Source: Haliotis cracherodii
Taxonomy: Eukaryota
Assembly (NCBI RefSeq): GCF_022045235.1
Contig: NW_027266271.1
Coordinates: 7,316,001-7,380,000, forward strand
DNA length: 64,000 bases
Reading direction: 5' to 3'
The notes under the pieces were generated by a model that was given only the letters and a program-made list of their open reading frames with translations, did not search any database and was not told where the DNA came from. Shown in pieces: positions 1 to 12,275 of the stretch (position 1 is the first letter of the stretch; every line of letters starts with the position of its first letter). The position numbers and the translations under genes are program-made.

Positions 1-1420
1 TCAACAATTGTTCTTTATACCCCAAATTCATTAAGTCTAGTCATGTCGAAACACAAGAACTTTATACGCGCTTTGTGTGTGCTGATGATGTTTCTGTTCC
101 CCCAGACACTTGTATTCGACTGAAAAAAAAGCTAAAACCCTAGAAATATTTGAAGCAGGTATGAATAAACCCATTGTATTTAGAAATGATACCCCGCCCT
201 GCCCTTATGAAAAATGGTATTTTTAAGATGAAGTTATTGAAACTGTCTCATTTTACAGATACTTAGAACTCATCTTTACACCTAAACTTGTATGGACCAG
301 AGCTCAAACGTGTTCACCACACAAGCCAGAAAGGCAGTTTTGTCTGTAAAAGTGGTATATAGGAGATTTGGCAACTTTCTAACTTTGATTCAGTGTTTTG
401 ACTCAAATTCTATGCTTCAGAAATCGTGACACCTCCCATTGTAATAATATTGATTCTGTACGAGAAGCTTTGTAAGTATAAAGAATTGGTACAACATCAT
501 TTAATGGCATGGTCCTGGGTGACTGTGACAGATTCCCTTTGCAACTTATGTACAAGGCCTAAACCTGGCTTGATGCAAATTCATTACAGCAATATCTACA
601 GTGTTGATATCGCTTGATTTCACCCAAGCGATATCTCCTGTAGGAGCCAGTTTGGGCACGGGTCATCAATACTGGAGCATTTATCGAGATTCCACACAAC
701 AGTTTAACGCTCCACAAAATACTTTATGCTAAGATCTTTAGACGATCGTGGGCGTACAACATGGGCAAGTGAAAAGTAGAGACTTTTCAGTGTAGATATA
801 GAGAATCTCACCCTTTTTTTATATATATATATATCAAATTTATCAACACGGTTGCAAGCCTCGGAGTTTTCCCACTTTTATCAACAAGTGTTGATATATT
901 TGATATCAAAAGACACGAGGGTGAGAATTTATCTATCATCCAACATCTTTTTTTCAACTTTTTCAGTTTGTAAACAGTAATAAGCAGTGTCTTAAGTGTA
1001 AATGTACTGCTAACAGAGCTATTAGTGATGTCATTTGATTGTGACGTCATGGTAACCAATGGTCACATTGGTCTGGAAAGCATCGTGATGCAAATTCATT
1101 GCAGCAATATATACAGTGTAGATATAGCTTGATTTCACCTATGCGATATCTCCTGTAGGAGCCAGTTTTTGATGATACATGGCTATTCCTGGTTAAGTCA
1201 AGAAAATTTTCATGTAAATATCTTTATTAATAATTATATACAAAGAGTGTCTGACAACCATGGTAGCCATCTATTAATAATCAATAATAATCAAAATGCT
1301 GTTTTTTAGACTGAAAAACATTCTTAAATGTATTGAGATATTTAGGTTTTCACAGAGGCAGTGTTGTAAATAGGTATGGAAACGTGTCATGTGACATATA
1401 GAGTATAGCCGACACTTCCA
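1..1420 (+). mobile_element. Degenerate non-LTR retrotransposon (LINE) ORF2 fragment, RT C-terminal part, interrupted by other inserts
   Basis: Broken-frame peptides 'CADDVS', 'DEVIETVSFYRYLELIFTPKLVWTRAQ', 'YASEI', 'YFMLRSLDDRGRTTWASE', 'LMIHGYSWLSQE' parallel the LINE copy at 1790-3090; boundaries approximate. Confidence 0.6.
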
Positions 1421-1789
1421 CTAAAGGATTACACTATGTTCAGAATGAAATGCATGTTTTACTTGTCTGTGATCAATACTCTAACATCGGGGCAAAGTAT
1501 ATCTCTAAGCTTGTTAAAAAAACCGTGCACTCTTCATACACTTCTAAATAATTTACAGGACAAATACATGGATATTATAGCAGTCTTTATTTGTACCAAG
1601 GCCACTGGCCCATATACAATACATACATTTGAAATAGTGTGGTACATGAAAAAAGGTAATGTCAGGTACAAATTTACAGATTTACAGGCTTTTCATTATT
1701 ACGTCTTCTTTCATAGCTGTAATACATGTATATACAAAGTTTTCCAAGTAATTGTTTACATGAAGTGACAGCAGCGTTTTAAATTTATG

Positions 1790-3090
1790 CATATTTGGAT
1801 TATGGCAAAATGTTGTTGGTAAATACAGATGTCTAATATCGTTGTAATATTCACATTCTAAAGTAAAATACTTGTTTCACATATGGGGCAGAGTCGTAAA
1901 CGTAAGTCAATATCAGCCCATCTACCTTCGTTTACCTTAAGTCTTAGTAGCCCGGCTCTAAGCCTTATCAAAACATTTCGATACTTTTAAATTATTTATA
2001 CAGAATGTACCTAGAACTAGCCTTGATAGTACTATTCCATGATTGGTAGAACATATTTATCAAAACGTTTTTAAAACTATTCATGAATGATGGTTTGTCG
2101 CCAACAGCTTGACTGTGCCAAACTACTCCGAATCCGTGAGAAAATAATATGGAATGAATAGAAGAAGCATAGTTATGACGACCACACTTGTCGTTATATA
2201 CAAGCTTATTATAAGATTTTCTTGGTATCCTATCATCGTCCATTTCAATCACTTTTATCTAATACTTTACAGAACGACACATAGCATTTACATGTAGTTG
2301 GTACCGACCGCATTCCCCATACACAATAGCATTTGGGGTTTGCAAACCAACGTTAAGAAACTTCTTACAAGCCATAATATGCACTTGTTCTATTTTTTCA
2401 AATCTGTCTACGCCCCATATTTCCGCACCATATAAAAGACTAGGTTGAATCTGAGTATCAAATATTTAAAAAAAACCCTGAAGTGTCAACAAAACCAATC
2501 TTCCGTAGACTGCGAAATATTTCCATTAAAGCTCGTTTACCCCTTGATGCTAGATCTGAAACACATTGGTTCATCTTTGATGTATATGAGCATACAAACC
2601 CAAGATATCTATAGGAGTTGGCGGTTGAAATACGTTTGCCTTTATAGAACCATTTCTCATGAACAGATAACCGCCCTCCTCGTCTAAATACAACAACACT
2701 CGTTTTATCTAAATTAACCGTTAATCCATGTGAATCTGCAAAGTTTTCAAGAATATTAAGTTGGTTCTGTAAACCAGTTACTGTGTCAGAGACAAGAATA
2801 GCATCATCGGCAAACAATAATACTAATATTTCAAACAAGTCAGGAAATAATTGTACGCCGTGTTTCCCATGTGATGAAACATCATTTGACAATTCATTGA
2901 TGAAAAAGGAAAATAATAGAGGGCTTAATATACAGCCTTGTTTAACTCCGTCAGGACAATCAAAATATTCTGTATAAATGTTATCATTACATCTCACACA
3001 CGCTTTCACGGAGGCATAGATTCCCTTAAGTGCTCTCATCATCTTTCCACCCAAGCCTACATCGTGCAGACACTCCCATAGTTTATATGA
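1790..3090 (-). mobile_element. 5'-truncated LINE (CR1/L2-like), reverse transcriptase pseudogene
   Basis: ORF 2458-3054 has GVKQGCILSPLLFSFFINEL, LLFADD, VNLDKT, YRYLG; downstream frameshifted pieces include ORF 1992-2252 and a terminal LCPIC..C motif. Confidence 0.9.
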
Positions 3091-5161
3091 AACACTGTCT
3101 TATATTTACGTCAAGTGAAGGGTTAATTGTTGAAAATCACAAACCATTAATGTAAACCGCGCCCTTATAATCAGTTGCATTGACGGTATTTTGGGCCGGG
3201 GACTTTATAGTGAATAAAAGGTCTATTTGTCATGAACGTTTTACCAACATCGTGTAGGTAAACTGAATGGTGGTGTATTATGTATCTCGGGAAAGACGTG
3301 AGCGAACTGAGTGAGAAGTGTGGCCATATCGCCATATTTCGCTGCATCCCACTCAGCATCACTTGTTTGGGACGCCTATTGATCGTCATTGACGGTATCA
3401 ATGATACATGAGTCGGGAGCGTGATATCCACCAGGTAGATTAGCAGCTCACGTCGTTATTCCCCCCAGTTGAGGCCGGGAGAAGCTTTCCTCTTGATGGA
3501 GCGTCCCTGCCACGTTATACCATAGTCATGACTCGCCTGGGTCAGCTTAAGTATTCGATATTTTATCATGGTTTTTGAAAGCTGAATTGGTAGCTTGCTT
3601 ATGTCTACAGGAATACTATTCATGATGCCTAGGAGAAAAATTGATCATTTTACAATAATGAGAGTTTTTTAAATCATAATGCAGTCATTTATCTATATGC
3701 TCTCCAGAACAAAATTTGTCTTCCAATCCACATGTCATCCAAAGTAGAAACGTTATGGATTCTTTTTACATGTACATGTAAAATTGTTTTCTTAACCATG
3801 AACACACAATGCCAGTGTGGGTTCGAATCCAAGATGGAACTCTACCCAGCAGTACTTTACTGAGCAGTGTTATCCCAAATATAACATTTGTTACGTTTTT
3901 TTCTTAACCCCGGTCTTTGGTGTGTCGAGCGAGCACTTTAAATACGTCACTACATAGGACCCTGATTGGAAAGTTAATATGAAAACATTATTTGGTGACA
4001 GTTGAAAATAACAATTGGTCAGTTTTTAACTTGTGAAGACTTTACGATAATTGAACATGAACATGAAGACATTCGAAAGAAATACACTTCGTGGAATAAC
4101 TTCTCTAGTGTCCGTTGTTTGTTTAAATGTGTTCTACCTGATATTTATTTATCTAGTCTCACAATTTTAATTAATACATTACTGATTAAAAAGTGTAATT
4201 TCATTTTACTTATGCATGTTGTGTTTGTGTGGGCATTCATAATCTGTTTGTGTGTTACTTGAAAAGTGAAATTTATAATCGATTAAAGAGTGGTTTCTCC
4301 TGGAAAACTGGCATGTGTATTTACAAAGGCTTGTGAACATGTTTGGTCGATTGCGTTGCCCAGTTGCAATGCACAACAAAAGTAAATGTTCAATGTTTTA
4401 CTTTAAAGTGAAACAATCGAGGAAATTGCTCTTATTGTAAGTTTGCCTGTTAAGTTTAATGTTACACACGTGTGCAAATGTATTGTTAAGGGTACAGCGA
4501 ATGTCAGATTATTGACGAAATCTCATGACGCAAATAAACTACCGCCATTAATGATGCATGAAATCTATGAACCGTAGAATACATTCGTTAAACCCATGTA
4601 CAAATGTAGTCAGTACTATTAATTCCTGTTCTGAAGAGGCATCAGTATTGCAGATGGGACAGCGCTCGGATCAAGTGTCATGTTCCAAGTTTCATCCACG
4701 GTTATATAAGATAGCTAGCTACACGATAACTTACAAAGAACATTGAAGAACGAAACGTGGTTTATTTCACGATAAAACATTGTTCTATCATGATGTCATT
4801 TCCGGAGATTTTCACATGCGCTCGTAATACTGGACGAAGTTATTTTTAGAAGAAAGTGTCTAGTGAGTTGTTCTCCATAGATATAACTGGGCAGTGGCTG
4901 AACGATCGCATTCAGAAGTAGCACAGGAGTTACAGATAATCAACGTGAACATTGTAAGAATATGCGGGAAATACCAAACTTAACCCCCCTGTTCATAAAA
5001 TGGACTTGTCCGACATTGCCGAGATGAGAATCTATTCAGGAAGTTTTAGGGAGTATTAAAATACGGGTAAATAATTTTAAAGCTTGTACATTTTATTAAC
5101 ATTCTTAAATGGGCTGTAAATAATGTTGATATATCATATTAGAAAGTAACGACTCATGGTC

Positions 5162-5264
5162 GTTGTTTATCGTACAATAAAACACTGCAGGGAGAATAAA
5201 CCACTCGGGCCTGCGCCCCTCATGGTTTATTATCCCTGTAGTGTTTTATTGAACGCTAAACAAC
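5162..5264. mobile_element. Palindromic (foldback) MITE-like element core
   Basis: 42-bp arms 5162-5203 and 5223-5264 are reverse complements with 4 mismatches around a 19-nt GC-rich loop. Confidence 0.65.
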
Positions 5265-7743
5265 TATCGCTCGTCGTTTCTTTTTTAAATAGTATGAAAG
5301 TTATACTTAAAACCACACATATAATACTTTTCAAAGGCATGGACGACAATGTAAACCACAGCAAAAACAATGCATTATATATGTTTTGTAAGAAATGGTA
5401 AAGTTGTTTGTTGAAGGTTTAATTATCGATCGGCCAACATGTACGAACAGAATAAAAGTATATTGATTGGAGAGTGTTGCTCGTATGCTTATTTACAGTC
5501 TACTAATATTACGAGGCAATTTGTTGTCAGACAGACATTTCCTTATAGACAGAAGAGACAAGGCCGTTCGACAAACAATCAAGGTGAAGGTCACATGGTC
5601 ATGAGGTCAGCACATGACCTCCAAGTGTGATTTTCTATCTTGGCTAGCCCTCTCTGTATCTTGTTCCCACGGCCATTTTGTTACACATAGGTTTGAAAGA
5701 TTGATTCCGGAAAGTGTCAGTCTCCACACTTCCAGCCCTACTTGTGAGACAATGGTTTCCTCTAACGAGAACAGCTCATACATAAGTGATACCTGTTCTT
5801 CACCTACCCGGCGCCGGGGACGTAGTGTTAATTACGAAGGGAACCGCTGCATTCAGTTAACATGGTTATCTTATCTATATATTGCATAAATGCCAAACGA
5901 ATTTCCTACACACCAAAACGAGTTGTATGTGATGTAACATAATTATGTCTGTACTATGAACCATCTAGAGACAGAGACAATTCACTTATTTGTCGGTTAT
6001 TGAGTCCTGTATGTCAGCATGTGAGCTATGTTGGTAGTAAGATGAAACAAATGTTGGAACAAGATGGTGTTTAACTTAATGGGTTTTTTCTTTTCACTGG
6101 AATTAGGCACCAGTTATTGTTGAACAAAACACATCTCTGTGAAATAGTGATGGTTACTTGATAATAGTCAGTGTGAGATTTTGTCAATCTTGTATGAAGA
6201 ATATGAGACTTCTTTGATTCCTTCTCCCCTGCATATTAAATAGGCGTAATATGAAGAACTAGTCTTGTACGCGGGTACACCTGTTAACGAGTGTTTCTTG
6301 TGATATTTTTAAAATGACATTTCATATTGAAGAAAAATACATTAATATATGTACAATGCTTTTGAATTATACAAACTTTTTGTTGCATAGATATTTTTCT
6401 TCAGTTATTCTTAATTATTTTTAATATCTCTTAATTTTGGAGATACCGAACACGTATCATTTGTGAGAATCACATATGCTAGGGCGTAGGATGAGATGAG
6501 AGAAATGACGTATCTTTGCTATCTGTGCTAAAATAACTAAAGTAGACCTCAAAGGTGTTGTGTTTCTTATTTAGGAACTTAAAAGCCAAAAAATGTCAAT
6601 AAACAAACTCACTGAAACCAAATCAGCCCATTTGGCAACAAGTTTCTTTCGACTCTTGTTTTCATCATTGTTCACTCGACCTAAGTGAAATGAATTCATT
6701 GAAATTATTCACATACCGTATATGGTATGACATTGAAACATATACGTTACCATTCATAACTTTTGCGTTATCACACTTTCACACAGCTAACAGACTATTT
6801 CCTTTACAATTGTCTCAATGCCATTTGGAACTATCACAACAAGCATTCACTTTTTCTGAGAAATATACAAACTTTTATCACACCGTCACAAATTTGGTAA
6901 CGTTTTTCGCGGTAACGTATCCGTTGACTCAGCTCGTATTGATGTGACCAGCCAAGGGAAAAACGTACCCACTTCAAGTGTGTGCAAGGCATGTCTAGAA
7001 ATTACAATATTTTGCGGAAACTGTAACTGAAGGATTTTACAGACACATTATATGTGTTCCATTCCATATGTGTTCTCTTGTTTTCGAATGACACATGTTT
7101 ATCTCATGGAACAGCAGTGACGTGGTGTTTTATGGATTAGGTATTGCTATTTATGTCTAATCAATTCCTTCCTTGTTTTGGTTGATGTCGTGTTGTCGAT
7201 ATCGATGTGAGATGAATCACGCCTTCTCCTCCATGGGACCTTTATTAGCGAAATTTCTTTTCTTATGAAACAAATGAGTTAATTCTTATTGTTCGCGTAA
7301 CAATGTTGGGTTCAATATAACCGACTTCGATACAAACGACTTTGTCATTTCCGGATCTGTTTATTTCACAGCAGATTGGGCTCCCACTCGGCGGAGATAA
7401 ACACAGTTTGACACAAGCAGTGTGGTATGCATTCTGCACCTATTTAGCTATTGAAACTACAATTTTGTAATACCAAATTCATAAAAGGTGCACACTATCT
7501 CTTACAGCTATATATTAACGTTATGTTACATGAAATAGAATCCACATTTCTCTGCAACCAATGTTTAGATTAAACGCTGTCTGACCCACAAGTTATATAT
7601 TAAGTCGTGTTTTCTCACATCAAACGGTAAGCACAGACAGTCATTTAGGTAAAAATCAGACACAATCAACGGCATTGACATCTATTTGCAATCAGTCAGA
7701 TAGTTTCTCCGGCTCTCCAATTGACATTTTGGTCTGGGGCGAT

Positions 7744-8195
7744 TTAAATCTGCCTCCTATCATTGTTGATGGTCTCCATGACAACCTTGAATGGCGGCAT
7801 CGACTTCAAACGTTGGTATTGATTGTCGTCCCTGACTATCCCAGGGCCGTTTGCAGACAACCGGATGAAGCTTTACAATAGGTGTTCCTATTGTGTTTTG
7901 TTTCCATGCTAAGAGGTTTAAGGTTCAGGGTAACCGTGGGTTTTCTTGAGCAGCTCTGCAACACGCTTACCAGGAGCTCTGCCCGGGACTCTGCCAACCA
8001 AATCGATTGACATGTACGAACAAACAAGTTACTCAATTCACCGGAGTTGTTGCTGCTGGAAAGGATGGTGGTGCAAGCGTCGCCATTAAGGAAGTGTGAC
8101 TGACACTGCTTCAGCTCCTGTACGGTGAACATGGTTGTTCCGATATTTTCACGAAACATGGTTTTGTTGAAACAAGACAGGAACATTGTTTGCAT
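7744..8195 (-). pseudogene. Coding-like remnant, possibly an hAT-type transposase C-terminus
   Basis: 119-aa ORF (..QSIWLAESRAELLVSVLQ..) continues in a shifted frame as FIRLSANGPGIVRDD..RRQI*; the ES..E..VS / IRLSxNGP pattern recalls hAT C-terminal regions (pattern recognition only). Confidence 0.3.
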
Positions 8196-8666
8196 ACTAG
8201 GATGTTCAATTCACGTGTATGGAGTTTCAGTGACGCATCTGGAAATGTTTGAAAATATGTTATTTGTTAGTGTTGCTAGGACGCTATGCATGCGGGGTTA
8301 GCCAGTCTTGGCCGGCGACAGTGGAAACATCGTGACGATAACTATTGGCGACACTTTCCTTCAGTAACTAGTGCGTGGAGCCACGTTACCCGGTCATCAT
8401 GGCCAATGTCAGTGGAACCGAACCGACAACATTAACAAATTTGACGTGTTTATGTTACCGGGGTAGGCAACGAGCAATTCAATGAGGATCAATATACTCA
8501 CAGCATGATTCATGCATTACCTGCTGATTTGACAGTATCAAGCATGGCTGCTATAACTTAATGACCGTTAAAGTCGTAATTTACAATGCAGTGGTGCCGT
8601 TTGCATTGGTTACATGTTGTTTGTCAGATTGTGACAAACGATGTGGTACTTCTATGTGGCAGAAAG

Positions 8667-8867
8667 ATGTAAGTGCGTCACACGGCGGTAGAGAATGACA
8701 TGTAAATTCGTCACACGACGGTAGAGAATGACATGTAAATTCGTCGCACGACGGTAGACAATGACATGTACATTCGTCGCACGACGGCAGGCAATGACAT
8801 GTAAATTCGTCGCATGCCGGTAGACAATGGCATGTAAATTTGTCGCATGACGGTAGACAATGGCATG
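8667..8867. repeat. 33-bp minisatellite, ~6 copies
   Basis: Unit ATGTAAATTCGTCGCACGACGGTAGACAATGAC in tandem. Confidence 0.9.
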
Positions 8868-9214
8868 CTCAGCGATTTCACAGAGACCAAGTGTCAATGT
8901 ATAACTTTTAGTGCATCTTCTTGCAACCTATCGCTTTAATTGACTGAATATATTATATTTTTAAAAGATTGAAACGTGTACGATTTCCGTCAATGTCATT
9001 TTGTACCTGATGGTTCAGTGCCTGAATATAGATATTCGGCGTCTATTATGAATGCTTCTTGTCTGTCTTCTTGTCGAAAACAACATCACGAACCATGGCC
9101 AGTAGTTCATTATCAGCTGACATTCATTATACATTTCGACTTGTTTAGTTCAGGCGATAACAGGATATTACCTAGATGCAACCATCCTTTGATGACAAGA
9201 TAATCCGTCGTTGG

Positions 9215-9480
9215 GTGATGAGTTGAAACTGGGTTTAACGTCTCGTTCAAGATCATTACACTCATATAGCGCGCGCGTGTGTGTGCGTCTGTCTGAGTGT
9301 GTGTTTGTGTGCTTACCCACTGAGATACCATGCCGCACAGAGTCTACCCAACACAGTATACTGACCCACTGAGATACCATGCCGCACACAGTCTACCCAA
9401 CACAGTATACTGACCCCGAGCCGACCAGTCCTTGTTATAGCTTCTTAATGCATAAGGGCAGGCGGGGTTAACCACTAGGC
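9215..9480 (-). mobile_element. SINE family A fragment with internal ~50-bp tandem duplication
   Basis: CAGTATACTGAC..CCGAGCCGACCAGTCCTT shared with 38625-38880 and (opposite strand) 16147-16310; the ACCCACTGAGATACCATGCCGCAC..CAGTATACTG block occurs twice. Confidence 0.65.
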
Positions 9481-9966
9481 CATGCAGGTGGTTTTGTAAT
9501 TAAGAATATGGGTTATTAATTACAAACTTACATGATAATAATCAACTTGTATTAATGATCATGATTTCTATCATTGCTATTCCTCATGAGATATGTTGAC
9601 AAATTTTGTTTGCCTAAAATTGTGCAACGATGGGTTCAGAGGCACCATGACTACGTGACATCTCAAATGGTTCAGGTTAGTGTTAAATTTGATTAAACTA
9701 CTTTATGCTTCTATACTTTGTAATGGATATTGCATTTTGTTTCAGAACCATCGTGTGAACATTCGTAATGGAGCTTTTGCCTTGTCTTCAACGCTTTTAC
9801 CTGTATGGATAACGGTAAAGGATAACTACTGTTGCTGATCGTTACAAGTATCAGCCAAACGTAACAACATATTGACCAGACATCGAATATCGTGTTTGTA
9901 CACTTGAGAATACTCTACATTAACACGAACATATTGTTTAAGAGCGCTGTGATAACATAAAAAACT

Positions 9967-10722
9967 ATGGGTGGTTGTTCATCTAAAGAGGAAGAGGCGG
10001 GCAAGTACTTGGTGCAGTCTTTGTTCGAACATGAGGCTGGCATCAACTGTATGGCCCTTAGTGAAGACGGATCTGTTCTGGCCACAGGCAGCGAGGACAA
10101 AACAGCAAGGCTATGGAGCACTAGAACGGAGTATTGTGAATGTATCGGCATCCTCCGCGGACACACAGACTACATCAATTGTATCCTTATTGAGGACTGT
10201 TATGTCCTCACCGGAAGTGCAGACAGGTCCATCCGGAAGTGGGATGTCGGAACGTGCGAATGCGTACTTGTGATGCGTGGTCATTGCTCTCTGATCTACC
10301 GTATGATCTGCACCGGAGACTTTGTATTCACCAGCTCGTATGATCGTACCGCCCGATGCTGGGATTTTGATACGGGGGATAATGTACGGGTGTTTCGTGG
10401 CCACAAGAGAGGTGTATACCCTCTCATTTTCATCCCAGCCGATGAGGACGAAATTGCAGACGACCAGGATCTGGATGGAGGTCGGGATATCCTCATCACT
10501 GGGTCGGCTGATTTCACCGCCAGGTCGTGGAACTTCGATACCGGATGTTGCTTGAAGATGTTCAAGGGGCACCGAGGGGCCGTCACGTGCATGAGTGTCG
10601 ACCCAACCGGCCGAGTGCTGTTTACCGGAAGCACAGATTTCACCGTGCGCAGCTGGAATCTATTCAAGGGCACCCAGCTTAAGATGTTCTCGGGCCACCA
10701 GGGGGCTGTCATTTGTATGCAG
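9967..10722 (+). CDS. WDR86: WD40-repeat protein, WDR86-like, coding exon 1 (252 codons)
   Basis: ATG with in-frame TAA 9 nt upstream; consecutive GH..WD repeats (TGSEDKTARLW, GHTDYINC..TGSADRSIRKWD, SSYDRTARCWD, GHRGAVTC); CAG|GTATGT donor at 10723, phase 0. Symbol assigned from recalled similarity to WDR86. Confidence 0.9.
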
Positions 10723-10767
10723 GTATGTTACGTTAATGGCTGTGTTGTTTCACTCCTCCTACAGTAA

Positions 10768-10945
10768 CTCATGCTTGTCGTAAACTTCACTGACTTGGTT
10801 GATGCTTGTCATCATGTCCCAATTGCGTAGATCGATGCTTATGATTTCAATCACTGGATTGGTTCGTACAGCCTCGATTATTTACAGACCGCCTTTATAT
10901 ATATTATATATTTAACTGGAATGGAGTGTGTCGTCCAATAACAAA
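10768..10945 (+). mobile_element. SINE family B fragment (resembles abalone HaSE-type SINEs)
   Basis: TCCCAATTGCGTAGATCGATGCT..ATCACTGGATT..TCGATTATTTACAGACCGCC; reverse copies at 47860-48085 and 54235-54370. Confidence 0.7.
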
Positions 10946-11684
10946 CACACCATATCGACATCAATGCGGGCGTTGTCGGTTCTAACTGCTCTGATCTAGT
11001 CATAGTACCACCAATGCTCTATGTATATTAGTTGTTTCTAATTGGAATAACGAGTCACAAAAAACCTGCATAGGGATACAATGACACAGGTAGCTTTGTT
11101 TCATTTGCTTGTCATGAAATCCCTGTCGGGAAGTGTATCGCCTGATGTTTACATATAGAAATGTCAAACAGACAAAGTTCCTATTTTAATAAAACGTTAT
11201 GTTTATCCATGGATGTAAACTGCATATGGTGAACTGCTCGTGATGGCGCCGTCAAGTCGTCTATCTCTTCAGTAACATCATTTGTCAGATCTAATGCTAG
11301 CTGCTGAAGACGCCATTATTACATTTACAAGCATTCTTATCGATTTCAAATTCTTTCCTTTCTGGTCCTGGTAGAAACATAGCCAGCAAAATATCATAAA
11401 AACCTACACATTCAGGAAGAGTTGGTTTTTTGTTTTTCTTTTTGAAAGAATAGAATTTTTGTGGTGATAAACACTTGAATATTATTTCATGTATGTTTTG
11501 TAAATATTATTTCATGTATGATTTGTGTACGTCAGCTCTGAATTTGAGGCTTGTGAAAGGAAACGTTTGAAATGAAGTATTAGTCAATATTCAATATGCC
11601 ATATACTGACATGGTCACAGATAGGTTCTCGAGCTATTGAACATTTACTCAAATGTTATCATTTACACTGGGTGGTGGTGACGA

Positions 11685-11830
11685 GAGGTATAGTGAATAG
11701 AGTGTCTGTCCGGAATGGGGAAAATCGAGGGTTCGATCCTCGGCTGCGTCATACCAAACGACGTTAAAAATTACTTGTTGTTACCCTGCCTGGCGCTTGG
11801 CATTAAGGGGCTGAAACAAGGACTAGTCAT
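11685..11830 (+). mobile_element. tRNA-derived SINE family A, 5' part
   Basis: A-box-like GGTATAGTG, B-box GGTTCGATCC, then core GACGTTAAAAAT..TTGTTGTTACCCTGCCTGGCGCTTGGCATTAAGGGG. Confidence 0.7.
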
Positions 11831-12149
11831 CATTCACATTGGACATACTCACATGTTCTCCCCCACACTAACGCACATATTATACTATACATTGGGTATT
11901 GCTTGTTTGGGGGAGTAGTCAATATAGCTTTACTCCCTGGCTTCTGTCTGTTGGGTATTTTCTTATTGACAAATATACATTGTCCCCTGTTTTCATGGCT
12001 TACATACAAAATGTTGAGTAATATTTATAGTGCGTTGTTTACTGAAGAGCACAATACGGATATTCTTCTTGAAACACCATTACAAGTTAGTTTGCAGAGT
12101 TAAAATTATTTTAGTTAATCATAATATCGTGATCTGCTATCAAATCTGA

Positions 12150-12275
12150 GGCACCGCAATTGGCTGTACAGAGTTGCGTCCCTTGGGCACGCCAGAATCC
12201 TATGATCCTTCGGGCTGACAGAAGTGATAGAACATGAATACTGTTAAACGCGGCGTTAAACCCAACTCACTCATT
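12150..12275 (+). mobile_element. SINE family C, internally deleted
   Basis: CCGCAATTGGCTGTACAGAGTTGCGTCCCTTGGG head and GAATACTGTTAAACGCGGCGTTAAAC..ACTCACTC tail shared with 39115-39370. Confidence 0.55.

Noticed and set aside
10723-10767. C-terminal VCYVNGCVVSLLLQ* of the 266-aa ORF
   Set aside because: Intron read-through past the CAG|GTATGT donor; the WD repeat continues at 15770
9915-10783. Overlapping alternative-frame and antisense ORFs over exon 1
   Set aside because: Shadow ORFs of a GC-richer real coding exon
11685-11750. tRNA-like segments (also near 27000, 46600 and 60900)
   Set aside because: A/B boxes are SINE heads followed by SINE bodies; no complete cloverleaf
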